DNA of 32,000 bases from Halomicrobium mukohataei DSM 12286 (lineage in GTDB: Archaea; Halobacteriota; Halobacteria; Halobacteriales; Haloarculaceae). Under the pieces are notes generated by a model. The model ran no database searches, was not told the origin of the DNA, and worked only from the letters and a program-made list of their open reading frames with translations. Every line of letters begins with the position of its first letter. Position 1 is the stretch's first letter. The translations under genes and the position numbers were made by a program. This document shows positions 7,875-15,772 of this stretch, piece after piece. Location of the stretch: NCBI RefSeq assembly GCF_000023965.1, contig NC_013202.1:1470001-1502000 (forward strand), given 5' to 3'.

Positions 7875-8789
7875 TCAGTCCGCGACCACGTCGACGTCGT
7901 CTTCGACGGCCTCCCGTTCCTGGCGCGTCAGCGCGTCGCGGAAGCGACCGAGGATCCGCCGGGCCTGTGACGCCTCGGGGCCGAGAGCCCGGACGAGCGT
8001 CAGCGCGCGGCGAGCGCGCGTGCGACGCCAAGACTCGGCGCGGTGCTCGTAGGTCCGGATCGCCCGCAGGAAGTCGATCTTCCGGAATTCGGGCCAGTAG
8101 GGGGCACAGAAGTAGACCGCAGCCTCGTTGCCCTTGGCGTGCCAGGGGAGGAAATTCGAGGTCCGCTCGTCGCCGCCGGTCCGGACGATCAGGTCGACGT
8201 CGCGGGTCGGACCCTCGTAGAGTCGCCCCTCGATGGTGTCGGCGTCGACCGACTCGGGATCGAGTTCGCCGTCGTCGACCGCCCGGGCGATGTCCCGGGT
8301 CGCGCCGAGCAGTTCCGCGCGGCCACCGTAGGCCAGGGCGACGTTCAACTGGAGTCGGTCGTAGCAGGCAGTCCGGCTCTCGGCGTAGTCGATCGCATCG
8401 CGGACGCGCTCGGGAAGCCGCTCAGTTTCGCCGATCGCCCGGATCCGGACCTCGTTATCGTGGACGCGGTCGGTATCGGCGAACGCCCTGAGCTTCCGTT
8501 CGATGAGGTCGAAGAGGTGTTCCTGCTGCTCTTTGGGCCGATCGAAGTTCTCCGTCGAGAAGGTGTACAGCGTCACTTCGTCGACAGCCAGTTCGTCACA
8601 CCAGTGCAGGAGTGCCTCCGTCGTCTCCGCCCCTTCGGTGTAGCCCGCCGTGGTGTCGGCACCCTGTTCGCGGGCGTACCGGCGATTGCCGTCCTGGATG
8701 ACGGCGACGTGGCTGGGTGCGTCCGAGAGCTCGCGCTCGAGGAGACGTTCGTACGCGGTCTGTGCGAGGTCACGCGCCCGCTGTAGCAT
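7875..8789 (-). CDS. uppS: cis-prenyltransferase, catalytic (tritrans,polycis-undecaprenyl/dolichyl diphosphate synthase)
   Basis: HVAVIQDGNRRYA, TLYTFSTENF.RP, DLIVRTGGDERTSNFLPW and YFCAPYWPEF are canonical UppS motifs. The ATG at 8789 (MLQRARD) is preferred over the TTG at 8804 used by the ORF track. Confidence 0.9.
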   Translation of the reverse strand: MLQRARDLAQTAYERLLERELSDAPSHVAVIQDGNRRYAREQGADTTAGYTEGAETTEALLHWCDELAVDEVTLYTFSTENFDRPKEQQEHLFDLIERKLRAFADTDRVHDNEVRIRAIGETERLPERVRDAIDYAESRTACYDRLQLNVALAYGGRAELLGATRDIARAVDDGELDPESVDADTIEGRLYEGPTRDVDLIVRTGGDERTSNFLPWHAKGNEAAVYFCAPYWPEFRKIDFLRAIRTYEHRAESWRRTRARRALTLVRALGPEASQARRILGRFRDALTRQEREAVEDDVDVVAD

Positions 8790-8949
8790 CGTGTCATTCG
8801 ACAAACTCGACGGGCATGAGTTTTGCGATCTGTCGCCCGCCAGCGGCCGCCCCGTCGGGTCGTTCGACCGACCGCCCGAATTCTGTTCCGTGAGATCGGT
8901 CGGAATAACCGGTGGGTTTTAATAGCAGAACCACCATTGGATACGTGCA

Positions 8950-9144
8950 ATGGCGACCGGTACGGTTGACTTCTTCAACGACACTGGCGGTTACGGGTTT
9001 ATCGACACAGAAGACGCCGACGAGGACGTCTTCTTCCACATGGAAGACATCGGCGGTCCTGACCTCGAAGAGGGCCAGGAAGTCGAGTTCGACATCGTGC
9101 AAGCGGACAAGGGTCCGCGTGCGGAAAACCTCACCCGGCTGTGA
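8950..9144 (+). CDS. csp: Cold-shock protein (CspA family), copy 1
   Basis: 64 aa. MATGTVDFFNDTGGYGFI...VFFH carries the RNP1/RNP2-like cold-shock-domain motifs. A TTTTAATAG TATA-like box lies about 30 nt upstream. Confidence 0.92.
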   Translation: MATGTVDFFNDTGGYGFIDTEDADEDVFFHMEDIGGPDLEEGQEVEFDIVQADKGPRAENLTRL

Positions 9145-9149
9145 TCACA

Positions 9150-9344
9150 ATGGCGCAAGGTACTGTAGACTTCTTCAACGACACGGGCGGTTACGGATTC
9201 ATCGACACGGAGGACGCTGACGACGACGTGTTCTTCCACATGGAGGACATCGGCGGTCCCGACCTCGAAGAGGGTCAGGAAGTCGAGTTCGACATCGTGC
9301 AAGCGGACAAGGGTCCGCGAGCCGAGAACCTGACGCGACTGTAA
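9150..9344 (+). CDS. csp: Cold-shock protein (CspA family), copy 2
   Basis: 64 aa from the ATG at 9150. It differs from copy 1 at 2 residues and starts 5 nt after the copy 1 stop. Confidence 0.9.
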   Translation: MAQGTVDFFNDTGGYGFIDTEDADDDVFFHMEDIGGPDLEEGQEVEFDIVQADKGPRAENLTRL

Positions 9345-9348
9345 GCTC

Positions 9349-9428
9349 ATACTGCCGGCTGTAACTGTGTCAAGATATTCGCGACCACGGGGTCGCGAAA
9401 TTCCGTACAGACGTACAGCCGGTAGTAT
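9349..9428. repeat. Nested palindromic element, subfamily A (A2), 80 nt
   Basis: Arms are ATACTGCCGGCTGTAA (9349-9364) and GTACAGCCGGTAGTAT (9413-9428). Its internal 48 nt match the reverse complement of the A1 interior at 42/48. It begins 5 nt after the csp stop codon. Confidence 0.85.
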
Positions 9429-9611
9429 CACGCTGCAGTCGAGTTCTCCGCTTTCGATCGCGACAGCGGCGACACGAGCCGCCGCCACGTACGTCCGACG
9501 ACCGAAGACGTTCGGGAGCAGTGACTCTCGAAACCGCCGGAGACGAACGATACGGCGGGGTCGCAGCCGCGAATCGTGAGTCGTATTAGTGCCGACAGAC
9601 GAGTGAGTCGT

Positions 9612-10016
9612 ATGGGCGCGGAGACACTCGACGAAGACCTCTATCGACGCACGAAGGCACTGCTCGAACCCGGCGAGATCGAACTGAACGGGACGATCGT
9701 CCACACCGACCTCGACGGGCAAGACGACATCGAGATGATGGAGACGACCCTCGAAGCGGGCAACGTCATCGCCGAGCACGCCGGCCACGACCCGAAAGAC
9801 ACCTACGTCTACTCGGGCAACGACGACGCCGACTTCTCTTCGAACCAGCACCAGGGGCTCACCATCGACGGCGAGGAGTTCGTCTGGGAGTGCCAACAGC
9901 TCCTCCGTGACGGGAGCTTCGACATCGTGTTTTACTACGAGGCCAGCGCCGATCAGGCCGCGATCCTCGACGACCTGCGGGACGCGGGATACGAGGTCAC
10001 GGGCGTCGAAGGGTAG
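9612..10016 (+). CDS. Acidic hypothetical protein
   Basis: ORF with high GC3 and acidic composition (MGAETLDEDLYRRTKALLEPGEIELNGT...). I recognise no motif. The start is taken at the first ATG (9612) within ORF 9576..10016. Confidence 0.55.
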   Translation: MGAETLDEDLYRRTKALLEPGEIELNGTIVHTDLDGQDDIEMMETTLEAGNVIAEHAGHDPKDTYVYSGNDDADFSSNQHQGLTIDGEEFVWECQQLLRDGSFDIVFYYEASADQAAILDDLRDAGYEVTGVEG

Positions 10017-10017
10017 G

Positions 10018-11736
10018 CTACGACTCGCTCAGGTCTTCTCGGACGAAGAACGTCGTCGCCCCGCCGGACGCACGGAACTCGTAGCTCTCGGCCGTGTACC
10101 CCGACAGCCGGGATTCGAGCGCCGTCGCGTTGTCGCCCCGTGCGACGACGACCGGCGGGCGATCGGCTTCGATCGTCGCGGGATCGGCCGCACACGACGC
10201 GTTCAGGTCGTGTTTCGCGAGGTACCACTGTAGGGGCAACAGCTCTCCGAGATCGCCACAGCGTGGCTCCTGTGGACTGACGCCGCGCGGGGCCGCGAGC
10301 TCCGAGCCGTAGATCACCACGTCCGTCCCCTCGGAGTCGGTCTCGGCGGCAACGGCCAGCACCGGCCGGAAGTCGTCGGTCGGCTGAGCGTACTGGACGA
10401 GGTTGTTGTCTGCCGCGGCCGGCGATTCGTAGACGAGCCCCCCGGCCGTCACGGCGACCTGGGCGGTGAGGACGAGGAGCAAGACGCCGACCAGCGAGGC
10501 CGACACCGTGTCGTCCCCGTCGAAGGCGGTTCGGCCCAGCCGGTAGAGGTACGCCAGCCCGACGGCCGCCGGGAGCGCCAGTGGCACCAGCGCGTTGACC
10601 GTGATCCAGGCCCCGTAGATGTCGGTCCCCAGCGGGTAACCGACCACCGAGACGAACCCCCAGTAGCCGGCAAAGAGCACGACGGGACGCGGACGGACCG
10701 CGCCGTACCGCTCGATCAGGAACCCGCCGACGGCCAGCACCGACAGCGGCAGGGCAGCCACGAGCAGCGTTTCGAGGAACCGTCCGAGAAAGCAGGCGTA
10801 GCCGTCGACGAGGTTGTCCTTGTGACAGCCCGGATCGGAGGTGCCGCCGAACCAGTACTCGAAGCCCTCGGTGAGATCCGCGACCGTGGTGTCGACTACG
10901 GCCGGGAGCGAACTCGGGTGTCCGATCGCGTACCAGAGTCCGACGCCGTCCGCGGGGTTGCGCGGCGCGAAGAAGAAGAAGACGACCAGTCCGAAGACGG
11001 CGACGGCCCCGACGAGGTGGCCGGCGTAGCGACCGACGCCGGCCGGCCCGAGCGATCGACCACGGGAGACGAGCCGGCCCCAGTAGCGGCTCGCAACGTC
11101 GAAACCGCGTTCCTCGCCCCGCTCGGCGAAGAAGAGCTGGTCGACGACGAGCGCGGTCGCGCCGACCCAGACGACGGCGTAGACGACGGTGTTCTCCTTT
11201 GCCGCGAGCGCGAGCCCGAACAGCGCGGCGACGCCGTAGACGTAGCGGACCCGTCTCGTGTCGTAGGCCCGCACTGCGAGACCGAAGGCGACGAAGACGA
11301 AGCCCGCGACCAGCAGCGTGCTCCGGAAGAACCGCGAGTAGTACAGCAAGACCGGATTGGCCGCCAGCACGACCGCCAGCGCGACCACTTCGCTGTCACG
11401 GAGGTGTTCGCGAAAGAGCAGTGCCGACAGCGGCAACAGACCGCCGAAGACCGCGACGGGCAACCGCATCACTGCATCGCCCGTCCCGAGTACCTGGAAC
11501 AGGGCGGCGTCGGCGTACTGGACCAGCGGTCCGTGGACGATGTAGCGATAGGAGATCGACCCCGTCTCGGCGTACTCCAGCGCCCAGTAGGCCACTCTCC
11601 CCTCGTCGAAGTGTGCGATGCGTCCCCCCAGGTCGACGAGTCGCGCCACCAGCGCGAGCACCGTCACTGCGACCACTCCCGTCAGCGCGGGGTCGGCGCT
11701 CGCACGCGCCCGCCAGTCGATGTCGCCAGCAACCAT
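10018..11736 (-). CDS. GT-C fold membrane glycosyltransferase-like protein (ArnT/PMT-like; resembles the TIGR03663 / Agl23-type family)
   Basis: 572 aa. The N-terminus (HFDEGRVAYWA...GPL..Y) is followed by about 10 or more TM helices and a C-terminal soluble domain, an architecture typical of the GT39/83-like family. The family name is from memory. Confidence 0.7.
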   Translation of the reverse strand: MVAGDIDWRARASADPALTGVVAVTVLALVARLVDLGGRIAHFDEGRVAYWALEYAETGSISYRYIVHGPLVQYADAALFQVLGTGDAVMRLPVAVFGGLLPLSALLFREHLRDSEVVALAVVLAANPVLLYYSRFFRSTLLVAGFVFVAFGLAVRAYDTRRVRYVYGVAALFGLALAAKENTVVYAVVWVGATALVVDQLFFAERGEERGFDVASRYWGRLVSRGRSLGPAGVGRYAGHLVGAVAVFGLVVFFFFAPRNPADGVGLWYAIGHPSSLPAVVDTTVADLTEGFEYWFGGTSDPGCHKDNLVDGYACFLGRFLETLLVAALPLSVLAVGGFLIERYGAVRPRPVVLFAGYWGFVSVVGYPLGTDIYGAWITVNALVPLALPAAVGLAYLYRLGRTAFDGDDTVSASLVGVLLLVLTAQVAVTAGGLVYESPAAADNNLVQYAQPTDDFRPVLAVAAETDSEGTDVVIYGSELAAPRGVSPQEPRCGDLGELLPLQWYLAKHDLNASCAADPATIEADRPPVVVARGDNATALESRLSGYTAESYEFRASGGATTFFVREDLSES

Positions 11737-11856
11737 TACCGGGGGAGAGAGAGTCCACCGTTAAAGAGCTAGTCATCGATCAAAACCGATCTAAAGGACG
11801 GCCGGCACGTTTCGCTCGTCTCGCCCCGCGCTACTCGCGTGTCGTTCGCTTCGCTC

Positions 11857-11938
11857 ATACGGACGGTTGTAGGCGTTTACCCAGTCGACCGCACGACGGC
11901 GTGCGGTCGATCTGGTAAAGACCTACAACTTTCCGTAT
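11857..11938. repeat. Nested palindromic element, subfamily B (B1), 82 nt
   Basis: Outer arms are ATACGGACGGTTGTAGG and CCTACAACTTTCCGTAT. Inner arms are TTTACCCAGTCGACCGCAC and GTGCGGTCGATCTGGTAAA. It lies 55 nt downstream of the carA stop. Confidence 0.85.
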
Positions 11939-11993
11939 CACTCCCGCTCGCAATTCCGAGGCCCGCCGCTCCTGCGATTCGCGACGCGCCTCG

Positions 11994-13040
11994 CTACTCT
12001 TCTGCCAGCGCCAGCACGTCGTCGAAGAAGTCCAGCGAGTCGTTCGGGCCGGGGTTGGCCTCCGGGTGGTACTGGCGGGTGATGATGTCGAGGTCGTCGT
12101 TTTCCAGTCCCTCGGGCGTGTCGTCGTTGACGTTGACCTGTGTTACGTCGAGTTTCTCGCCGGGATCGGCGACCGTGTAGCCGTGGTTCTGGGTGGTCAT
12201 GACGACCTGCCCGCTGCGCAGGTCGCGAACGGGCTGGTTGACGCCGCGGTGGCCGAACTCCATCTTCTCGGTGTCGCCACCCAGGGCGTTGGCGACGACC
12301 TGCTGGCCCAGACAGATGCCAGCGAGGGGGACGTCGCCGACCTTCTCGGCGACGAGTTCGTTGGCCTGCTCGAAGTTCACCGGGTCGCCGGGGCCGTTCG
12401 AAATAAACAGGACGTCCGGGTCGAGTTCGTCGACCGTCTCGGGGGTCGTGTCGTAGGGCAGGACGTGGACGGTGGCGTCGCGTTCGACCAGCGACGAGAC
12501 GATCGATCCCTTCGCGCCACAGTCGACGAGCGCGACCGTCGGTCCGTCGCCCGCCTCGTTGTGGGTCTCGCGTTCGTCGACGCTGACCTGTGCACCGATG
12601 TCGGTGTGGTCGGACATGTGCTCACACTGGGCGAGCTGTTCGAGGGCCGCTTCCTCGCTGGCGTCGGGACCGGCCGAGATGCCACACTTCATCGCGCCCT
12701 CGTCGCGGATCTCCGTGACGATGTCGCGTGTGTCGAGGTGGTCGACGGCCGGGACGCCCTCGCTTTCGAGCCACTCGGCCACGTCGTCGGTCATCTCGCG
12801 AGCGACGGCGGCACGGGGGTGGACTCGATCGGACTCGAACCGCTCTTCGCGGACGCCGTAGTTGCCGATCAGGGGATAGGAGAACGTGAGGACCTGCTCT
12901 TCGTAGGACGGGTCGGTCAGACTCTCCTCGTAGCCCGTGTACGCGGTGGTGAATACCAGTTCGCCACGTGCGGTGCCCGGTGCGCGCGAACGTGCCTCGA
13001 CGACACGCTCACCTTCGATCGCGACGTATGCGTCAGCCAT
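11994..13040 (-). CDS. carA: Carbamoyl-phosphate synthase small (glutaminase) subunit
   Basis: 348 aa. FTTAYTGYEESLTDPSYEEQVLTFSYPLIGNYG, the GATase catalytic GICLGQQ and the HRGVNQPV / NHGY motifs are present. Confidence 0.95.
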   Translation of the reverse strand: MADAYVAIEGERVVEARSRAPGTARGELVFTTAYTGYEESLTDPSYEEQVLTFSYPLIGNYGVREERFESDRVHPRAAVAREMTDDVAEWLESEGVPAVDHLDTRDIVTEIRDEGAMKCGISAGPDASEEAALEQLAQCEHMSDHTDIGAQVSVDERETHNEAGDGPTVALVDCGAKGSIVSSLVERDATVHVLPYDTTPETVDELDPDVLFISNGPGDPVNFEQANELVAEKVGDVPLAGICLGQQVVANALGGDTEKMEFGHRGVNQPVRDLRSGQVVMTTQNHGYTVADPGEKLDVTQVNVNDDTPEGLENDDLDIITRQYHPEANPGPNDSLDFFDDVLALAEE

Positions 13041-13091
13041 TACGAGATACGTACATAGTTCGGGCTGATAAGGGTTGCTTTCGAAGTCGAG

Positions 13092-13106
13092 TTACGATTT
13101 TCGTAA
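13092..13106. promoter_or_regulatory. Perfect palindrome TTACGA-TTT-TCGTAA in the carA / lrp divergent intergenic region (candidate Lrp operator)
   Basis: Read directly. It lies 37 nt upstream of the lrp ATG and 52 nt upstream of the carA ATG. Function is inferred only from position. Confidence 0.3.
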
Positions 13107-13142
13107 TCCTCAAGTAGGGACCGCGACAAGCGTCACATCTCA

Positions 13143-13556
13143 ATGGACGACCTCGACCGCGAGATCATGGGCATCCTCCGGCGGGACTCCCGGACGCCGT
13201 ACACGGAGATCGCCGACGAGGTGGGAACCTCCGAGGGAACCGTCCGAAACCGCGTCGAGCGGCTGATCGACGAGGGGGTCATCGAGCGCTTCACCATCGC
13301 TACGCAGACGGGCAACGTCAAAGCGATGATCGAGGTCAGCGTCGACGTCAACGTGGACACGCACGCGGTCACCGACCTCATGGCCGAATGGCCCGAAGTC
13401 GACTTCGTCTGGCAGGTGTCGGGAGAGGAGGACATCGTACTCGTGGTCGACTGTGCCGACACCGGCGGCGTCAACGAACTGATCACACAGGCCCGAGAGC
13501 TGGAGGAAGTCGTGAGCACGAAGACGAGGTTAATCTTGGACGAACGGCTTGGGTGA
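13143..13556 (+). CDS. Lrp/AsnC family transcriptional regulator
   Basis: 137 aa. N-terminal HTH (LDREIMGILRRDSRTPYTEIADEVGTSEGTVRNRVERL) plus a C-terminal RAM/AsnC_trans_reg domain. Confidence 0.9.
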   Translation: MDDLDREIMGILRRDSRTPYTEIADEVGTSEGTVRNRVERLIDEGVIERFTIATQTGNVKAMIEVSVDVNVDTHAVTDLMAEWPEVDFVWQVSGEEDIVLVVDCADTGGVNELITQARELEEVVSTKTRLILDERLG

Positions 13557-13578
13557 TCCACAGGGAACCAAGCCGTTC
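13542..13578 (+). terminator. 11-bp perfect hairpin spanning the lrp stop codon
   Basis: GAACGGCTTGG (13542-13552) pairs with CCAAGCCGTTC (13568-13578). No long T-run follows, so a terminator role is uncertain. Confidence 0.25.
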
Positions 13579-13600
13579 ATTCTGAGATTTCCTGATGAGG

Positions 13601-13785
13601 CTGATTCTCGACGAGCGACTCGGCTGAGGAAGCGAAGCGAGTCGCTGATTGGAGAATCCGCCGAGGAGAGACTGATTCTCGACGAGCGACTCGGCTGAGG
13701 AAGCGAAGCGGGTCGCTGATTGGAGAATCCGCCGAGGAGAGACTGATTCTCGACGAGCGACTCGGCTGAGGAAGCGAACCGCCGA
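13601..13785. repeat. 71-bp tandem repeat, 2 full units plus 1 internally deleted unit; each unit is itself a palindrome
   Basis: Units start at 13601, 13672 and 13743. Units 1 and 2 differ at 1 nt. Each unit reads GATTCTC-GAC-GAGCGACTCG-[loop]-CGAGTCGCT-GATTG-GAGAATC. Confidence 0.9.
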
Positions 13786-13925
13786 TTCTCAGTTAGGTAG
13801 CCTGAGGGGCGGGTACGAGCCGGTACCAGCGGTCCGGACGAGAATCGTCGATTCCAGTGGCCGGCCGTTCCCGGTGAGCAGGAACGCACAATAGCGTTAA
13901 TGACTCCCGAATAGAACTCCCGAGT

Positions 13926-14972
13926 GTGCCCCTCGAAGACGCTCACGGACGGGCGGTCACCGGTATCCGTGTGTCACTGACCGACCGGTGTAACTTCGAT
14001 TGCGTCTACTGCCACAACGAAGGTCTGGGCGACACGCGGGGGCCGATGGATCCACAGGACGAGGAGATGACAGCCGACGAGGTGATCCGGCTCCTCGATG
14101 TCGTACGTGAATTCGGCGTCGAGACCGCGAAATTCACGGGCGGAGAGCCGATGCTCCGCCAGGATCTCGTCGAGATCGTTCGCCGCGCTCCCGACGGCAT
14201 GGAGGTTTCGATGACGACCAACGGAACGTTCCTGCCGGATCGGGCCGCCGCTCTCGCAGACGCCGGGCTCGAACGCGTCAACGTCTCTCAGGACGCGGTC
14301 GATCCGGATGCGTTCGCCGAGCTAACACGGAGCGGTGCGTACGACAAGGTCATCGAGGGCGTCGAAGCGGCCCTCGGGGCCGGACTTGCGCCGGTCAAGC
14401 TCAACATGGTCGTGATGGAACCGACCGCCGGGTACGTCCCGCAGATGGTCGATCACGTCGCGGCCAACGACGGGCTCCAGCTCCAGCTCATCGAGTACAT
14501 GCCGGAGATCGCCGGTCACCCCGAGTGGGCGATCGACATCGATCGGGTCCACGACTGGCTGGCCGACCGGGCCGACCGCGTCGAACGCCGCGAGATGCAC
14601 GGCCGACGACGTTACTACGTCGGCGAGGATGCCGACGCGGAGACGCCGACGATAGCGGCGGGTGACCCCGACGGTCCGGCGGCCGAGTACGGGATGGTCG
14701 AGATCGTCGATCCGGTCGAGAACGCGGAGTTCTGTGCGAACTGCCACCGCGTTCGGGTGACACACGACGGGCAGTTCAAGGGGTGTCTCAACCGCCACGA
14801 CGACCACCGCGCGATGGGCGAGATGTCCCGTGAGGAGATCCGGACGGCCTTCCGAGAGACAGTCGCAAGTCGCGTCCCCTATTACGGGGAGTATCTCGTC
14901 GAGGAAGACGGCGAGTGGGTTCGAAACGACCGCTACGTCGACCAGCCGATCTCGACGGCTGACGACGACTGA
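13926..14972 (+). CDS. moaA: GTP 3',8-cyclase MoaA (radical SAM, molybdenum cofactor biosynthesis)
   Basis: GTG start. It carries [14 protein letters not shown] (CX3CX2C), FTGGEPMLR and the C-terminal [11 protein letters not shown]....CL cluster motif. Confidence 0.9.
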   Translation: MPLEDAHGRAVTGIRVSLTDRCNFDCVYCHNEGLGDTRGPMDPQDEEMTADEVIRLLDVVREFGVETAKFTGGEPMLRQDLVEIVRRAPDGMEVSMTTNGTFLPDRAAALADAGLERVNVSQDAVDPDAFAELTRSGAYDKVIEGVEAALGAGLAPVKLNMVVMEPTAGYVPQMVDHVAANDGLQLQLIEYMPEIAGHPEWAIDIDRVHDWLADRADRVERREMHGRRRYYVGEDADAETPTIAAGDPDGPAAEYGMVEIVDPVENAEFCANCHRVRVTHDGQFKGCLNRHDDHRAMGEMSREEIRTAFRETVASRVPYYGEYLVEEDGEWVRNDRYVDQPISTADDD

Positions 14973-15010
14973 TACGGACGGTTGTAGTTCTTTACCGGAT
15001 CGACGGCAGT
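14972..15010. repeat. Half-copy of palindromic element subfamily B (B2)
   Basis: ATACGGACGGTTGTAG is identical to the first 16 nt of B1. The following TTCTTTACCGGATCGAC matches the B1 inner arm. No right arm is present. The first base is the last base of the moaA TGA. Confidence 0.55.
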
Positions 15011-15070
15011 CCGCCTCACCAGCAGTGTGCACGACGGGGAATCCTCAATCCGCTGGAAACGCCAGCACGC

Positions 15071-15080
15071 TTTTTATAGT
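15071..15080 (+). promoter_or_regulatory. TATA box (TTTTTATAGT), about 30 nt upstream of the regulator ATG (leaderless-type promoter)
   Basis: Sequence and spacing relative to the ATG at 15107. This spacing is typical of haloarchaeal leaderless transcripts. Confidence 0.45.
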
Positions 15081-15106
15081 GGCCGGCGTATCCAAAAACG
15101 AGAGCT

Positions 15107-15772
15107 ATGACCGAGGACACAGCCGCCGACCGCGAGAGCACGACGCGGGACCTGTACGTCGTCTTCGAGGTCGATCCGTCTCCGGAGAGCGACTGTCCCC
15201 TCGGTGACTTCGACGGTAGGGTCGACGAGATCAGGCAACAGTTCGCGGGCGACGACTGCCACACCGACACGACAGTGCAGACGAGCGACTGTGACTGCGA
15301 GCCCGACAGCGACTGCACCGAAGTCGTACACACGACGAGTGCCGTCGACGAATCGTGTCCCTGCACCGTCTTCGGTGAGTTCGGCTGTGTCCCGGAACTG
15401 AGCGCCGTCACCGACGAACGGATGGTTCTGGAGACGTACCTACCGGATCGCGACCGCCTGTCGGAGCTCGTCGACGCGCTGAAAGCCGTCGCGGACGGGC
15501 TCCGGCTCCGGCAACTGAAGCGTATCGACAACGGGACCACCGAGCGCGGCAGGCACACCGCCACTCTCGATCTCTTCGAGGTCACCGAAAAACAGCGCGA
15601 AGCAGTCACGAAAGCGATCGGGGCGGGCTACTACGAATCGCCGCGGGAGACGTCGCTCGGCGAACTCGCCACCGACCTCGACATCTCGAAATCCGCCCTC
15701 ACCCAGCGGCTCAACAGCGTCGAGTCGAAACTCGCCACGGCCGCGTTCGCGGAGGCGAGTGCGGACGGATGA
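15107..15772 (+). CDS. HTH_10 (Bat-like) transcription regulator with a Cys-rich N-terminal domain; DmsR-like by context
   Basis: The C-terminus (LTEKQREAVTKAIGAGYYESPRETSLGELATDLDISKSALTQRLNSVESKL) is the haloarchaeal HTH_10 domain. The N-terminal ~90 aa hold 8 Cys. It sits upstream of a molybdoenzyme operon, as dmsR does in Halobacterium and Haloferax. Confidence 0.8.
   Translation: MTEDTAADRESTTRDLYVVFEVDPSPESDCPLGDFDGRVDEIRQQFAGDDCHTDTTVQTSDCDCEPDSDCTEVVHTTSAVDESCPCTVFGEFGCVPELSAVTDERMVLETYLPDRDRLSELVDALKAVADGLRLRQLKRIDNGTTERGRHTATLDLFEVTEKQREAVTKAIGAGYYESPRETSLGELATDLDISKSALTQRLNSVESKLATAAFAEASADG

Noticed and set aside
8790-8804. TTG at 8802-8804 as the uppS start (MSNDT...).
   Set aside because: It is a rare start codon. 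The ATG five codons downstream (MLQRARD...) is the more conventional choice. The difference is 15 nt.
9579-9614. 11-mer GTGAGTCGTAT present twice 23 nt apart (9580-9590, 9603-9613) and again at the Mrp stop (23884-23894).
   Set aside because: Short exact matches of this length are expected a few times by chance in 64 kb of two-strand, compositionally biased sequence. There is no flanking similarity and no consistent structural context. It is noted only as a possible local direct repeat upstream of the 9612 ORF.
13601-13785. CRISPR array.
   Set aside because: The 71-bp units are directly contiguous with no unique spacers. There are only 2.5 copies, and no cas genes or leader.
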